A stretch of 64,000 bases of DNA from Phycisphaeraceae bacterium (GTDB lineage: Bacteria > Planctomycetota > Phycisphaerae > Phycisphaerales > Phycisphaeraceae), in contig OY771506.1 in assembly GCA_963674705.1 (NCBI GenBank), positions 5,475,118 through 5,539,117 of the forward strand. Reading direction: 5' to 3'. The translations under genes were made by a program, and so were the position numbers. Within the stretch, counting starts at the first letter, position 1; the number at the start of each line of letters is the position of its first letter. The notes under the pieces are model-generated. The model did not search any database. It was not told the DNA's origin and saw nothing but the letters and a program-made list of their open reading frames with translations. This document shows positions 56,430 through 64,000 of this stretch, one piece after another.

Positions 56430-57155
56430 ATGAAGCTCACCCGAAGGCAAATGATGCTCGCCGGCCTTGGCATGTTCCTTACCGGCTGCTCCGATGCAAC
56501 GCAGAGCTTCACCCGTCGGCCCGGTACACCCTGGCCCACCGATATCAGCAGGCCCACCGGCTACCGCCCCTCCACCACCGCCACACCCGCCACCACGCGA
56601 TATACACCCCCCACCACCAAGCCCGTCGCAGCCACCGGCGCGCCGCCCGGCACCATGCCCCGTTCATGGTGGACCAAAACCGGCCCCGTCCGGTCCAAGG
56701 TCAATCCGATGAACGGCGTTAACCGAATCACCGTTCATCACGAAGGCATGGACACTATCTGGTTCACCGACGCTCGCTCGACCCAGCAGCACCTTGAACG
56801 CATCCGCCAATCCCACACCGGCTCCGGCCGGGGCTGGGGCGATATCGGCTATCACTACATCATCGACCGCTCCGGCCGAGTTATCGAAGCCCGTAGCGTC
56901 GCTTACCAGGGCGCCCACGTCAGCCAACAGAACGAGCACAACGTCGGCGTCATGCTCCTGGGCAACTTCGAAAAACAGTCCCCCTCCCAGGCGCAACTCA
57001 CGACACTGCAATCCACGCTGCGCCACCTGATGGCCACCTACCGCGTGCCCGTCAACCGCGTCTACACCCACCGCGAACTCGGCCCCACCGTCTGCCCCGG
57101 CCGAAACCTCCAGCCCCGCGTCGCCAGCCTCCGCACCAGCGGCGCACTGGCTTAA
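56430..57155 (+). CDS. N-acetylmuramoyl-L-alanine amidase (Amidase_2/PGRP-like), Tat lipoprotein
   Basis: TRRQMML signal with lipobox LTGC; ITVHH, GWGDIGYHY, GAHV, THRE...T.CPG. Confidence 0.9.
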   Translation: MKLTRRQMMLAGLGMFLTGCSDATQSFTRRPGTPWPTDISRPTGYRPSTTATPATTRYTPPTTKPVAATGAPPGTMPRSWWTKTGPVRSKVNPMNGVNRITVHHEGMDTIWFTDARSTQQHLERIRQSHTGSGRGWGDIGYHYIIDRSGRVIEARSVAYQGAHVSQQNEHNVGVMLLGNFEKQSPSQAQLTTLQSTLRHLMATYRVPVNRVYTHRELGPTVCPGRNLQPRVASLRTSGALA

Positions 57156-57203
57156 TCCACTTTTTGCATCACCTTTCGCCTGCGGTTGGCGTACAATGCT
57201 TCC

Positions 57204-57893
57204 ATGAGTGAAGCTGAACAAACCGTAGACGAACAGGTCATCGATCAGGCCGAGGAAACTCAGGTTGAGGAGCCTCAGGACGAGGTTGCCGATGAAGAAG
57301 AGGCGGCCGGGGAGGAATCCTCTACCAAGTCCAACAAGCCCGAGCCCATCGAGCTGACGCCCGAGGAGGCCGCGGCGCTGGCGCTCAAGGTCGAGGCGGC
57401 GCTATTAACGACCGAACGGCCGATGACCGCCGCCAAGCTGGGCGATCTGCTCGACCAGGTCGGGGCGAAGAACATCAACGACGCAGCCGACAGCCTTAAC
57501 AAGGTTTATGAGCAGACCGGCCGCAGCTTCCGCATCGAGAAGGTTGCCGGGGGGTTGCAGATCCTGACGCTGCCTAAGTACGCCGATGTTCTGACGCAGT
57601 TGCACAAGACCCGCGCCCAGATGCGTCTCAGCCCCGCTGCGATGGAAACGCTGGCGATCATCGCTTATCAGCAACCGATCATGCGGGCACAGATCGAAAA
57701 CGTGCGCGGCGTCGCCTGCGGCGAAGTGTTACGCAGCCTGATGGAACGCCACCTCGTGAAGATCGTCGGCCGCGCCGAGGAGATCGGCCGCCCCATGCTT
57801 TATGGCACAACCAAAGGCTTCCTGGAAGTGTTCGGCCTGTCCAGCCTCAAGGATTTGCCGAAGGTCGAAAAGTCCAAGGTGCCAACGCTCTAA
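57204..57893 (+). CDS. scpB: SMC-Scp complex subunit ScpB
   Basis: VEAALL, LSPAAMETLAIIAYQQP.MRAQIE.VRGV, GRPMLYGTT..FL..FGL.SL.DLP. Confidence 0.93.
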   Translation: MSEAEQTVDEQVIDQAEETQVEEPQDEVADEEEAAGEESSTKSNKPEPIELTPEEAAALALKVEAALLTTERPMTAAKLGDLLDQVGAKNINDAADSLNKVYEQTGRSFRIEKVAGGLQILTLPKYADVLTQLHKTRAQMRLSPAAMETLAIIAYQQPIMRAQIENVRGVACGEVLRSLMERHLVKIVGRAEEIGRPMLYGTTKGFLEVFGLSSLKDLPKVEKSKVPTL

Positions 57894-57909
57894 ACTGCCG
57901 GGAGCCCCG

Positions 57910-58395
57910 ATGCGTCACTTCATCGCAAGCCGTTGCTCTTACCGCCTGCTATTAGTCGGCCTGCTGTGCCTGTTGTTTGCCGGGTGCACGCAATACCAGA
58001 TGCAGGGCGTGGTGGTCGAAGGCATGGTAAGTTCCATCCGCGTACTTGATAAGGACGACCCGCGTTTGCTGGAGGGCTACCCCCTGCCGATGGCGATGGT
58101 CGAAAGCACGCTGGACGCAGACCGGCTGAACCGCAAAACCCTGCCGCGTGCGATCTCGGATGTAGATGGCAGCTTCGTCGTCCCGGTCGATGAAACCGGC
58201 GCGGGCTACCTCGACTACTACATCCGCATCGTCGTGCGTAAGGCCGGATACGACACCGCGATCACGGACATGCGTATCCCGGGCCCTGACAAGCTGATTT
58301 TCGTAACGCTTGCTCGCGGTGAAGATAAATACAAACCTGAGCCCGAAGACCTGCTTGAAGAAACGATGAAAATGGGCGAGCCGTATATGCAGTAG
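57910..58395 (+). CDS. Hypothetical lipoprotein
   Basis: ATG at 57910 after GGAG; lipobox LFAGC. Confidence 0.7.
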   Translation: MRHFIASRCSYRLLLVGLLCLLFAGCTQYQMQGVVVEGMVSSIRVLDKDDPRLLEGYPLPMAMVESTLDADRLNRKTLPRAISDVDGSFVVPVDETGAGYLDYYIRIVVRKAGYDTAITDMRIPGPDKLIFVTLARGEDKYKPEPEDLLEETMKMGEPYMQ

Positions 58396-58464
58396 CCCCA
58401 ACCATGGGAGCACCCATCGGACCCGCATGAATGACACGGGCATGACAGGAGGCGCGTTAGCCCC

Positions 58465-59685
58465 ATGCAACGATCAATCGGCCGGATCAAGTTCGGCCAC
58501 GGCAGTTTGATCTACCTGGGCGTGATGGCGCTGATCACCATCGCCGCTTTCTATACGCAAGCCAACCTGCTGTTCTGGGCGCTGGGTCTGGTCATCGGCG
58601 CACTGATTGTATCGACGATGTTCGCGTTGGTATCACTGCACGGCCTGGAAGTACAACGACTCACCCCGACGCGCGGCGTTGCCGACGATCCGCTCATCCT
58701 GCGCTACCACCTGACGAATCACTCCCGGCTCGGTTGGTTCGGCGTCGAGCTGATAGAAACCTGGTCGAAAAAACGTAAACGCAAAGACGGCTGCTCGTCA
58801 GATTATGAATCGGGCGCATCCATGCTCAAGGGTCGGCCCCACGGCTGGGTGCTGCACATCGGGCCGGGCCAGACCATCCAGGCCGACGCCGCCTGCTGGC
58901 CCAGGCGCCGCGGGCTGATGCGGTTCGAGAAGATCATCGTGCGCAGCGGATTCCCCTTCGGCATCGTCTACAAACACATCGAGTTCATCCAATCCAGCGA
59001 GGTGCTCATCCACCCGCCACACCGCCGGCTCAACCGCCAGACCGCCCTGTCGCTTTCCAGCCAGGACATCGGCCACGCACGCCTTGCCGACCGAGGCGGG
59101 GGGCAGGATGAGTTCTTCGGATTGCGCCCCTACCGCCCCGGCGACAGCTTCAAACTCATCGACTGGAAACACTCGGCACGCACTAACAACCTCGTCTCAC
59201 GCGAAATGGCCAAGGCGCGCCCGCCACGGATCATGATCCTGCTCGATCTGAACCGCGATGCATCTGCCACCGATGAACAAACATTCAACGAACAAGCATG
59301 GGACGATGCCCGGGAAGAAGCGATCAGCCTTGCCGGCGCTCTGATTCGTGAATCCTACCTGCATGACATCCATGTCGGGCTCGCGTTCGCCGGGGTTGAA
59401 GGCCAAACCCTGGCGATCCATCACAACCAGGCGCACCTTCAGCGCCTGCTCGATCAACTCGCCCGGCTCGATGTGAACAAACCGCAAAAGGGCCAGGCCA
59501 CGCTGCCGGTCAGGCCGACCGTCGTGGTAAAGCCCGCGGTTTCCAGCGACCCGTCCGAGCCGGATAAAGTGGAATCTAAAGCGGTGATCCACGCCGTGAT
59601 CGGTCGTTATCGCATGCCCAGCCGGATCGTTGAATCCTCCGGCAAACGCCAGAAGCAAGACATCGAAGAAAATGTATTTAACTAG
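58465..59685 (+). CDS. DUF58 domain protein
   Basis: Two N-terminal TM helices, RRG...FPFG, EFFGLRPYRPGD..KLIDWKHSAR. Confidence 0.9.
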   Translation: MQRSIGRIKFGHGSLIYLGVMALITIAAFYTQANLLFWALGLVIGALIVSTMFALVSLHGLEVQRLTPTRGVADDPLILRYHLTNHSRLGWFGVELIETWSKKRKRKDGCSSDYESGASMLKGRPHGWVLHIGPGQTIQADAACWPRRRGLMRFEKIIVRSGFPFGIVYKHIEFIQSSEVLIHPPHRRLNRQTALSLSSQDIGHARLADRGGGQDEFFGLRPYRPGDSFKLIDWKHSARTNNLVSREMAKARPPRIMILLDLNRDASATDEQTFNEQAWDDAREEAISLAGALIRESYLHDIHVGLAFAGVEGQTLAIHHNQAHLQRLLDQLARLDVNKPQKGQATLPVRPTVVVKPAVSSDPSEPDKVESKAVIHAVIGRYRMPSRIVESSGKRQKQDIEENVFN

Positions 59686-59727
59686 CCTTCAAGTGTCCGC
59701 AACCATGACGCAGCAGACGAGACCCCG

Positions 59728-62034
59728 ATGAACCTGGAACAGACATTCAGCCGAATCGCGTTCTACCAGGTGCTGCTTGGCATCCTGACGTTCTGCTACG
59801 CCGAGGCGAACCCGGGCATGCTGCTGATCGCCGGCTCGCTGGTCGTGTTATCGCGCTACGTCAGCGAAGGGCCCTGGGGCAGGCCTTTGCCCTGGTGGAT
59901 CATCAACATGCTGGCGGTGGTCGCCACCACGTGGATGTTCTCACGCTTCCTGCTGGACAACCCGAACATGATCGTCACCATGGGCCACTTCACGATGGCC
60001 TTGCAGGTGTTGCTCATGTTCACACGCAAGAGCAACCGCGAGTACGGCCAGGTCCTGCTGCTTAGCTTGTTACAGATGATCGGCGCAAGCGTCTTAAGCG
60101 TTTCGATCATCTACGGCCTGATGCTCGGTGTCTATTGCATCCTCGCGATGCTGACCGTGCTCATCTTCCACCTCAAGAGCAGCAGCGACCGCGTCTACGA
60201 AGCCAACCGTACCGCCGCGGCGGATAAAAACCGTGTCACACGGCCAAAACAGGTCACCGGCAAGGGCTTCTACTGGCAGTTCCGATCGGCCACCGCCATC
60301 ATGATGATCGGATGCGCCATCATCGCGGTGATGGTGTTCATCCTCGTGCCCCGTTCACCGGACGCATCCTTAGCGGCGGACGCCACCGACGGCTTAGGCC
60401 CCAGGCAGGTCGGGTTCAGCCAACAGGTTCGACTCGACGGCCCACCGATCGCCCAGGGCAGCAAAGAACCCGTCATGAACCTGCGCGTCGAGTTGAACGG
60501 TCAGCCGCAGATGTATCGTTCATGGCTGTTGCGCGGCGCGGCACTGGATACTTATGATCCGGAAAGCCATACATGGAAACGCAGTCAGCAGGTCTCCGGT
60601 ACCGACAGACGTATCCGCATGCAGTCCAGTGGCTTGTCACTGGCACAGGTACCCAACGATCGGCTCATGTTGGACGCACGCATCACGCTCAGACAGATCG
60701 GCCACCGCAACCTCTTTACCATCCTGCCCGTCACACACTTCCACAGCGACAGTATCCGCTCCGTGATCTTCAGCAATGAAGATCAGCAGCTATCCGCCGG
60801 CAGCACCGTGATGGGTGCCGTGATCTACGACATCAGTTGGCCGTTTGCAGGTGGTCAGGATGAGGTCGAGAGGTATCAGGAGTTGGGCGAACCCAACGAA
60901 ACCGGTGGGCCGGTCGATCGCGACAATTCAGACTTCAGGCCTGAAGTCTATGCCCGCGGATGGACGATCCAGGCGGGCCGGATCGCGAACCTTGCCAATG
61001 AAATCCTTGAGAAGGCCGAGCTTCAGCGAGACCCGATGCAGCCCTTCACATCCAAGGACGACCGGATCGTTGAGGCGCTTGCCACGTATCTGCGCGATCC
61101 CGGTCATTACCGATATGAACTTGGCGGCAACAGGTACTTCGGGGACAATGAACCCACCATCGACTTCCTCTTCGAGCATAAGACAGGCCACTGCGAACTG
61201 TTCGCCTCGGCGCTCGCCGCCATGACGCGCTCGATCGGGATGCAGTCGCGTGTGGTCACCGGCTTCCGCGCAAGTGAGTACAACCAGATCGGCGGGTACT
61301 ACGTCGTTCGGCAAAGCGACGCACACGCCTGGGTCGAGGTCAACCTCGGGCCCAACCAAGGCTGGCACAGTTACGACGCCACACCCGCCGGGACGTCGGT
61401 GCATCTCAAACAACCCGATCGCACATGGAAGATAGTCCTGCGTGAAGCCTACGAATACCTGGAGTTCGGCTGGATCCGATCGATCGTCGCATACGATGTG
61501 AGTACACGCCACGCCCTGCTCTCAGGCATCATGCAGAAGTTCCGGTCCATCTTCTACAGCGAAGACAACTTCGTCGGCCAGTCTTATCAGTTCGTCAAGA
61601 ACCTGCCCACCGCATGGGAACTGGACAAGGTCAATACCGGCAAGGTGCTCGGTTCCGCTGCGATCGCGCTGATTATCACCGTCGTGCTTGTCCGTTCGGT
61701 CATCACCCGACGCCGTCGTGTGGCCATACTCAAGCTCACCGGGATGTCGACGGACAAGAAACTCAACCTGGTCCGCCAGCTCTCGTTCTATGTCGATATG
61801 ATCGACCTGCTCACGGAACACGGCTACCCCCGGTCGAATACGCAGAACCCGCGCGACTTCGCCCTGGGCCTGCTAAAACGCCATCCCCAGGACTTGCAAC
61901 CGGTCCTGACTCTCACAGACATCTTTTATCGGGTCCGCTTCGGCGGTGTCATGCTCGATACCAACCAACGCAAGCAGGTCCGCGAGCACCTTAAGCAATT
62001 GCAGCACAACCTTTCCAACCCGCAAACCGTCTGA
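59728..62034 (+). CDS. TgpA-like transglutaminase membrane protein (DUF3488 + transglutaminase + DUF4129)
   Basis: Multi-TM N-terminus, GHCELFASA, SRVVTGF, DAHAWVEV, YDATP, FYRVRFG. Confidence 0.9.
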   Translation: MNLEQTFSRIAFYQVLLGILTFCYAEANPGMLLIAGSLVVLSRYVSEGPWGRPLPWWIINMLAVVATTWMFSRFLLDNPNMIVTMGHFTMALQVLLMFTRKSNREYGQVLLLSLLQMIGASVLSVSIIYGLMLGVYCILAMLTVLIFHLKSSSDRVYEANRTAAADKNRVTRPKQVTGKGFYWQFRSATAIMMIGCAIIAVMVFILVPRSPDASLAADATDGLGPRQVGFSQQVRLDGPPIAQGSKEPVMNLRVELNGQPQMYRSWLLRGAALDTYDPESHTWKRSQQVSGTDRRIRMQSSGLSLAQVPNDRLMLDARITLRQIGHRNLFTILPVTHFHSDSIRSVIFSNEDQQLSAGSTVMGAVIYDISWPFAGGQDEVERYQELGEPNETGGPVDRDNSDFRPEVYARGWTIQAGRIANLANEILEKAELQRDPMQPFTSKDDRIVEALATYLRDPGHYRYELGGNRYFGDNEPTIDFLFEHKTGHCELFASALAAMTRSIGMQSRVVTGFRASEYNQIGGYYVVRQSDAHAWVEVNLGPNQGWHSYDATPAGTSVHLKQPDRTWKIVLREAYEYLEFGWIRSIVAYDVSTRHALLSGIMQKFRSIFYSEDNFVGQSYQFVKNLPTAWELDKVNTGKVLGSAAIALIITVVLVRSVITRRRRVAILKLTGMSTDKKLNLVRQLSFYVDMIDLLTEHGYPRSNTQNPRDFALGLLKRHPQDLQPVLTLTDIFYRVRFGGVMLDTNQRKQVREHLKQLQHNLSNPQTV

Positions 62035-62143
62035 TAACTGCTAGTTACAACTTTCATCCCCCGCTCGCATACACTGGTATGGCCGATTAGAATATTGGGT
62101 CCGTCATACTGTTTTTCACATAGCGCCGGACACCCCCCACCCG

Positions 62144-63853
62144 ATGCCGTATCAAGCCAATCAACCCGGACCCGCCTCGCCGGATGCGGACGAGCCGCAG
62201 AACGCTCGCCCGGAACCCGAACGCGCGGAAACGGACTTGGTCGATACGCATCATCAAAACAACGGCCAAGAAGACAAACCTGCCGGCCTGCCCACCCGCC
62301 CTCAAAAACAACAAATTTCACCAACGCCCCCACCACGCCCACGCTCCAAATACTTCAAGGTGCTCAAGAAAGATCGGCCAATCGCCTGGCTGGTCCTGCT
62401 CGGGCTGCTGCTGCTGGGGTCCATCCCAATCTATACCTACCTTCACGCAGGGCCCATCAGCCAGCGCCTGGCCGATGTACTCGTGCCCGCCGAGCAGACC
62501 TGGCGCAACCGCCACACCTTCTACCAGGGGGATGTCAATCTCGAATCCATAGTCCCCATCGTCGATGGTGAACCGCAACTGCAACGCCCACCCGGTGATG
62601 TCTGGCTCTACCAGATCGCCTTCGCTTCGCTTGACCCACTTACCGCCACGCAGGAGCAACTCGCAGAAAACATGCGATTGCTCAGCGCGTTCTTCGGCCT
62701 GCTCACCATCGCCGCGATCTTCTGGGCCGGTTTTTCCATCGGCGGGATCAAGACCGCTTCCTTCTCCGCGCTCATTGCATTGTCATGCCCGTTGTTCACC
62801 TGGTACGCAAGACAAGGCACACCCGATATCCCGCTCATCGGATTCCACACGCTGGCTATCGCCTCCGCCATGTGGGCACTGCGACCCCTTAAACCCACCC
62901 CCACGGTCTGGCGTCAGGCGATCGGCTGGATCATCTGCGGCGCGGCGCTCGGCGCGGCCATACTCATCGGCGGCCTCTCCGCGCTGCCTATCGTCATTCT
63001 GCCCATCCTCATCACCGCCATCATGTGCCCCAACCGCATCAGCCACGTGCTCGGGCTCATCGCCGCCCTGTGCATCGCAGGTCTGATGGTCATCCCCTGG
63101 GCATTGAGCGTCCACCAGCAGGACACCACCATCTGGCAGCACTGGGTGCTCGACCTCTGGCCGCAGCGCATGCAGAACCTGCCCGCCATCTGGGAATCGC
63201 TTACCGAAAGAAGCCTGCTCGTGCTCGCGCTTGCTTTGCCTTGGACCTTCTGGTTGATCGGGGCATACGCTCAGCCGTTCAGCGCCTCATCCAGCGGCGT
63301 GCGTCGACGTGTCTTCATCGGTTGGGCCTGGCTCACCTGCGTGGGCGTATTGGCTGTGCTGGGATTGAGCCCAACCGGGATGCCGGGCATGGTCATCATG
63401 CTGCCCGCAGCAACGATATTGATCGGCCAGGCGCTGCGGCTCTACAGTGACCGTTCCGCCGAGGGCCGACACGCTCGCGTCTGGCGTCACATCCGCTGGG
63501 CGCACATGATCTTCATGATCCTCGCTTCCATCGCCATACCGTTGGGCTTGCTCTTCCAAGAGGAACTGGTGGATCAGGGCTGGTTCGACATGCCCATCGC
63601 TGCCCCGGTGGCGTGGTACTTCTCGCTCGGACTCGGTATCAGCCTGCTTCTGATCACCATCATGAGCATGCGCTACGCGCTAAGGCACTACCCCGGCAAA
63701 GCGACGATCTGGTGGTCTATCTGGTCCGTCGTGCTCATGAGCGTCACGCTGATCCCGATCTCACGCGGGCCGTGGATGAACCCCGCACCCAACCAACCCG
63801 ACACCAACACGCAAGAAGTCGTTACGATACCGGCAGAATCATCAACCGAATGA
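62144..63853 (+). CDS. ArnT/PMT-like (GT-C) membrane glycosyltransferase
   Basis: VPIVDGEPQLQRPP..W, RLLSAFFG, R...PDI, PWTFWL, many TM helices. Followed by a polyprenol-P GT2. Confidence 0.75.
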   Translation: MPYQANQPGPASPDADEPQNARPEPERAETDLVDTHHQNNGQEDKPAGLPTRPQKQQISPTPPPRPRSKYFKVLKKDRPIAWLVLLGLLLLGSIPIYTYLHAGPISQRLADVLVPAEQTWRNRHTFYQGDVNLESIVPIVDGEPQLQRPPGDVWLYQIAFASLDPLTATQEQLAENMRLLSAFFGLLTIAAIFWAGFSIGGIKTASFSALIALSCPLFTWYARQGTPDIPLIGFHTLAIASAMWALRPLKPTPTVWRQAIGWIICGAALGAAILIGGLSALPIVILPILITAIMCPNRISHVLGLIAALCIAGLMVIPWALSVHQQDTTIWQHWVLDLWPQRMQNLPAIWESLTERSLLVLALALPWTFWLIGAYAQPFSASSSGVRRRVFIGWAWLTCVGVLAVLGLSPTGMPGMVIMLPAATILIGQALRLYSDRSAEGRHARVWRHIRWAHMIFMILASIAIPLGLLFQEELVDQGWFDMPIAAPVAWYFSLGLGISLLLITIMSMRYALRHYPGKATIWWSIWSVVLMSVTLIPISRGPWMNPAPNQPDTNTQEVVTIPAESSTE

Positions 63854-64000
63854 GTATTCCCACCACCGATACCGACGCCACCGCCCCGCAGCAGCCGCAA
63901 CTGTCTGTCGTGATCCCCGCGCTCAACGAGCAGGACAACGTCACGCCATTGGTCGAACAGGTCGGCAAAGTCATGCAGGATGCAGGCGTCAGCTTCGAGC
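63850..64000 (+). CDS. GT2 polyprenol-phosphate glycosyltransferase (ArnC/DPM1-like), partial
   Basis: Manual translation MSIPTTDTDATAPQQPQLSVVIPALNEQDNVTPLVEQVGKVMQDAGVSFE; ATGA overlap with the upstream stop. Confidence 0.85.
   Translation, partial: MSIPTTDTDATAPQQPQLSVVIPALNEQDNVTPLVEQVGKVMQDAGVSFE

Overview
GC-rich bacterial chromosome segment. Five PEP-CTERM proteins, dockerin-like repeats, prepilin/H-X9-DG proteins and characteristic short palindromes suggest a planctomycete, probably Phycisphaerae (inference). Bases 1 to ~39.7 kb form a large carbohydrate-utilisation region: GH38, GH39-like, GH3, GH4, GH172, GxGYxYP, two surface-anchored clan GH-A enzymes, a sugar ABC transporter, PfkB kinase, D-lyxose/D-mannose isomerase and xylA/xylB. 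Embedded in it is a cobalamin-dependent methyl-transfer module: a corrinoid protein, three URO-D-fold methyltransferases, a RACo/ASKHA activator, DUF1638, an amidohydrolase and a PocR-AraC regulator. This is the best candidate for an undescribed system, namely B12-dependent demethylation of O-methylated sugars. Next come furA-katG and a ~1.1 kb mosaic junction containing a nested MITE, a perfect 29-bp palindrome that also reads as a dif-like site, an orphan GH57 3' fragment and direct repeats. The rest is an Opp/Dpp ABC operon, tRNA-Arg(ACG), tatA and housekeeping/envelope genes (GT2-MTase fusion, amidase, scpB, DUF58, transglutaminase, ArnT-like, GT2). All calls come from motifs read by eye; no searches were run.
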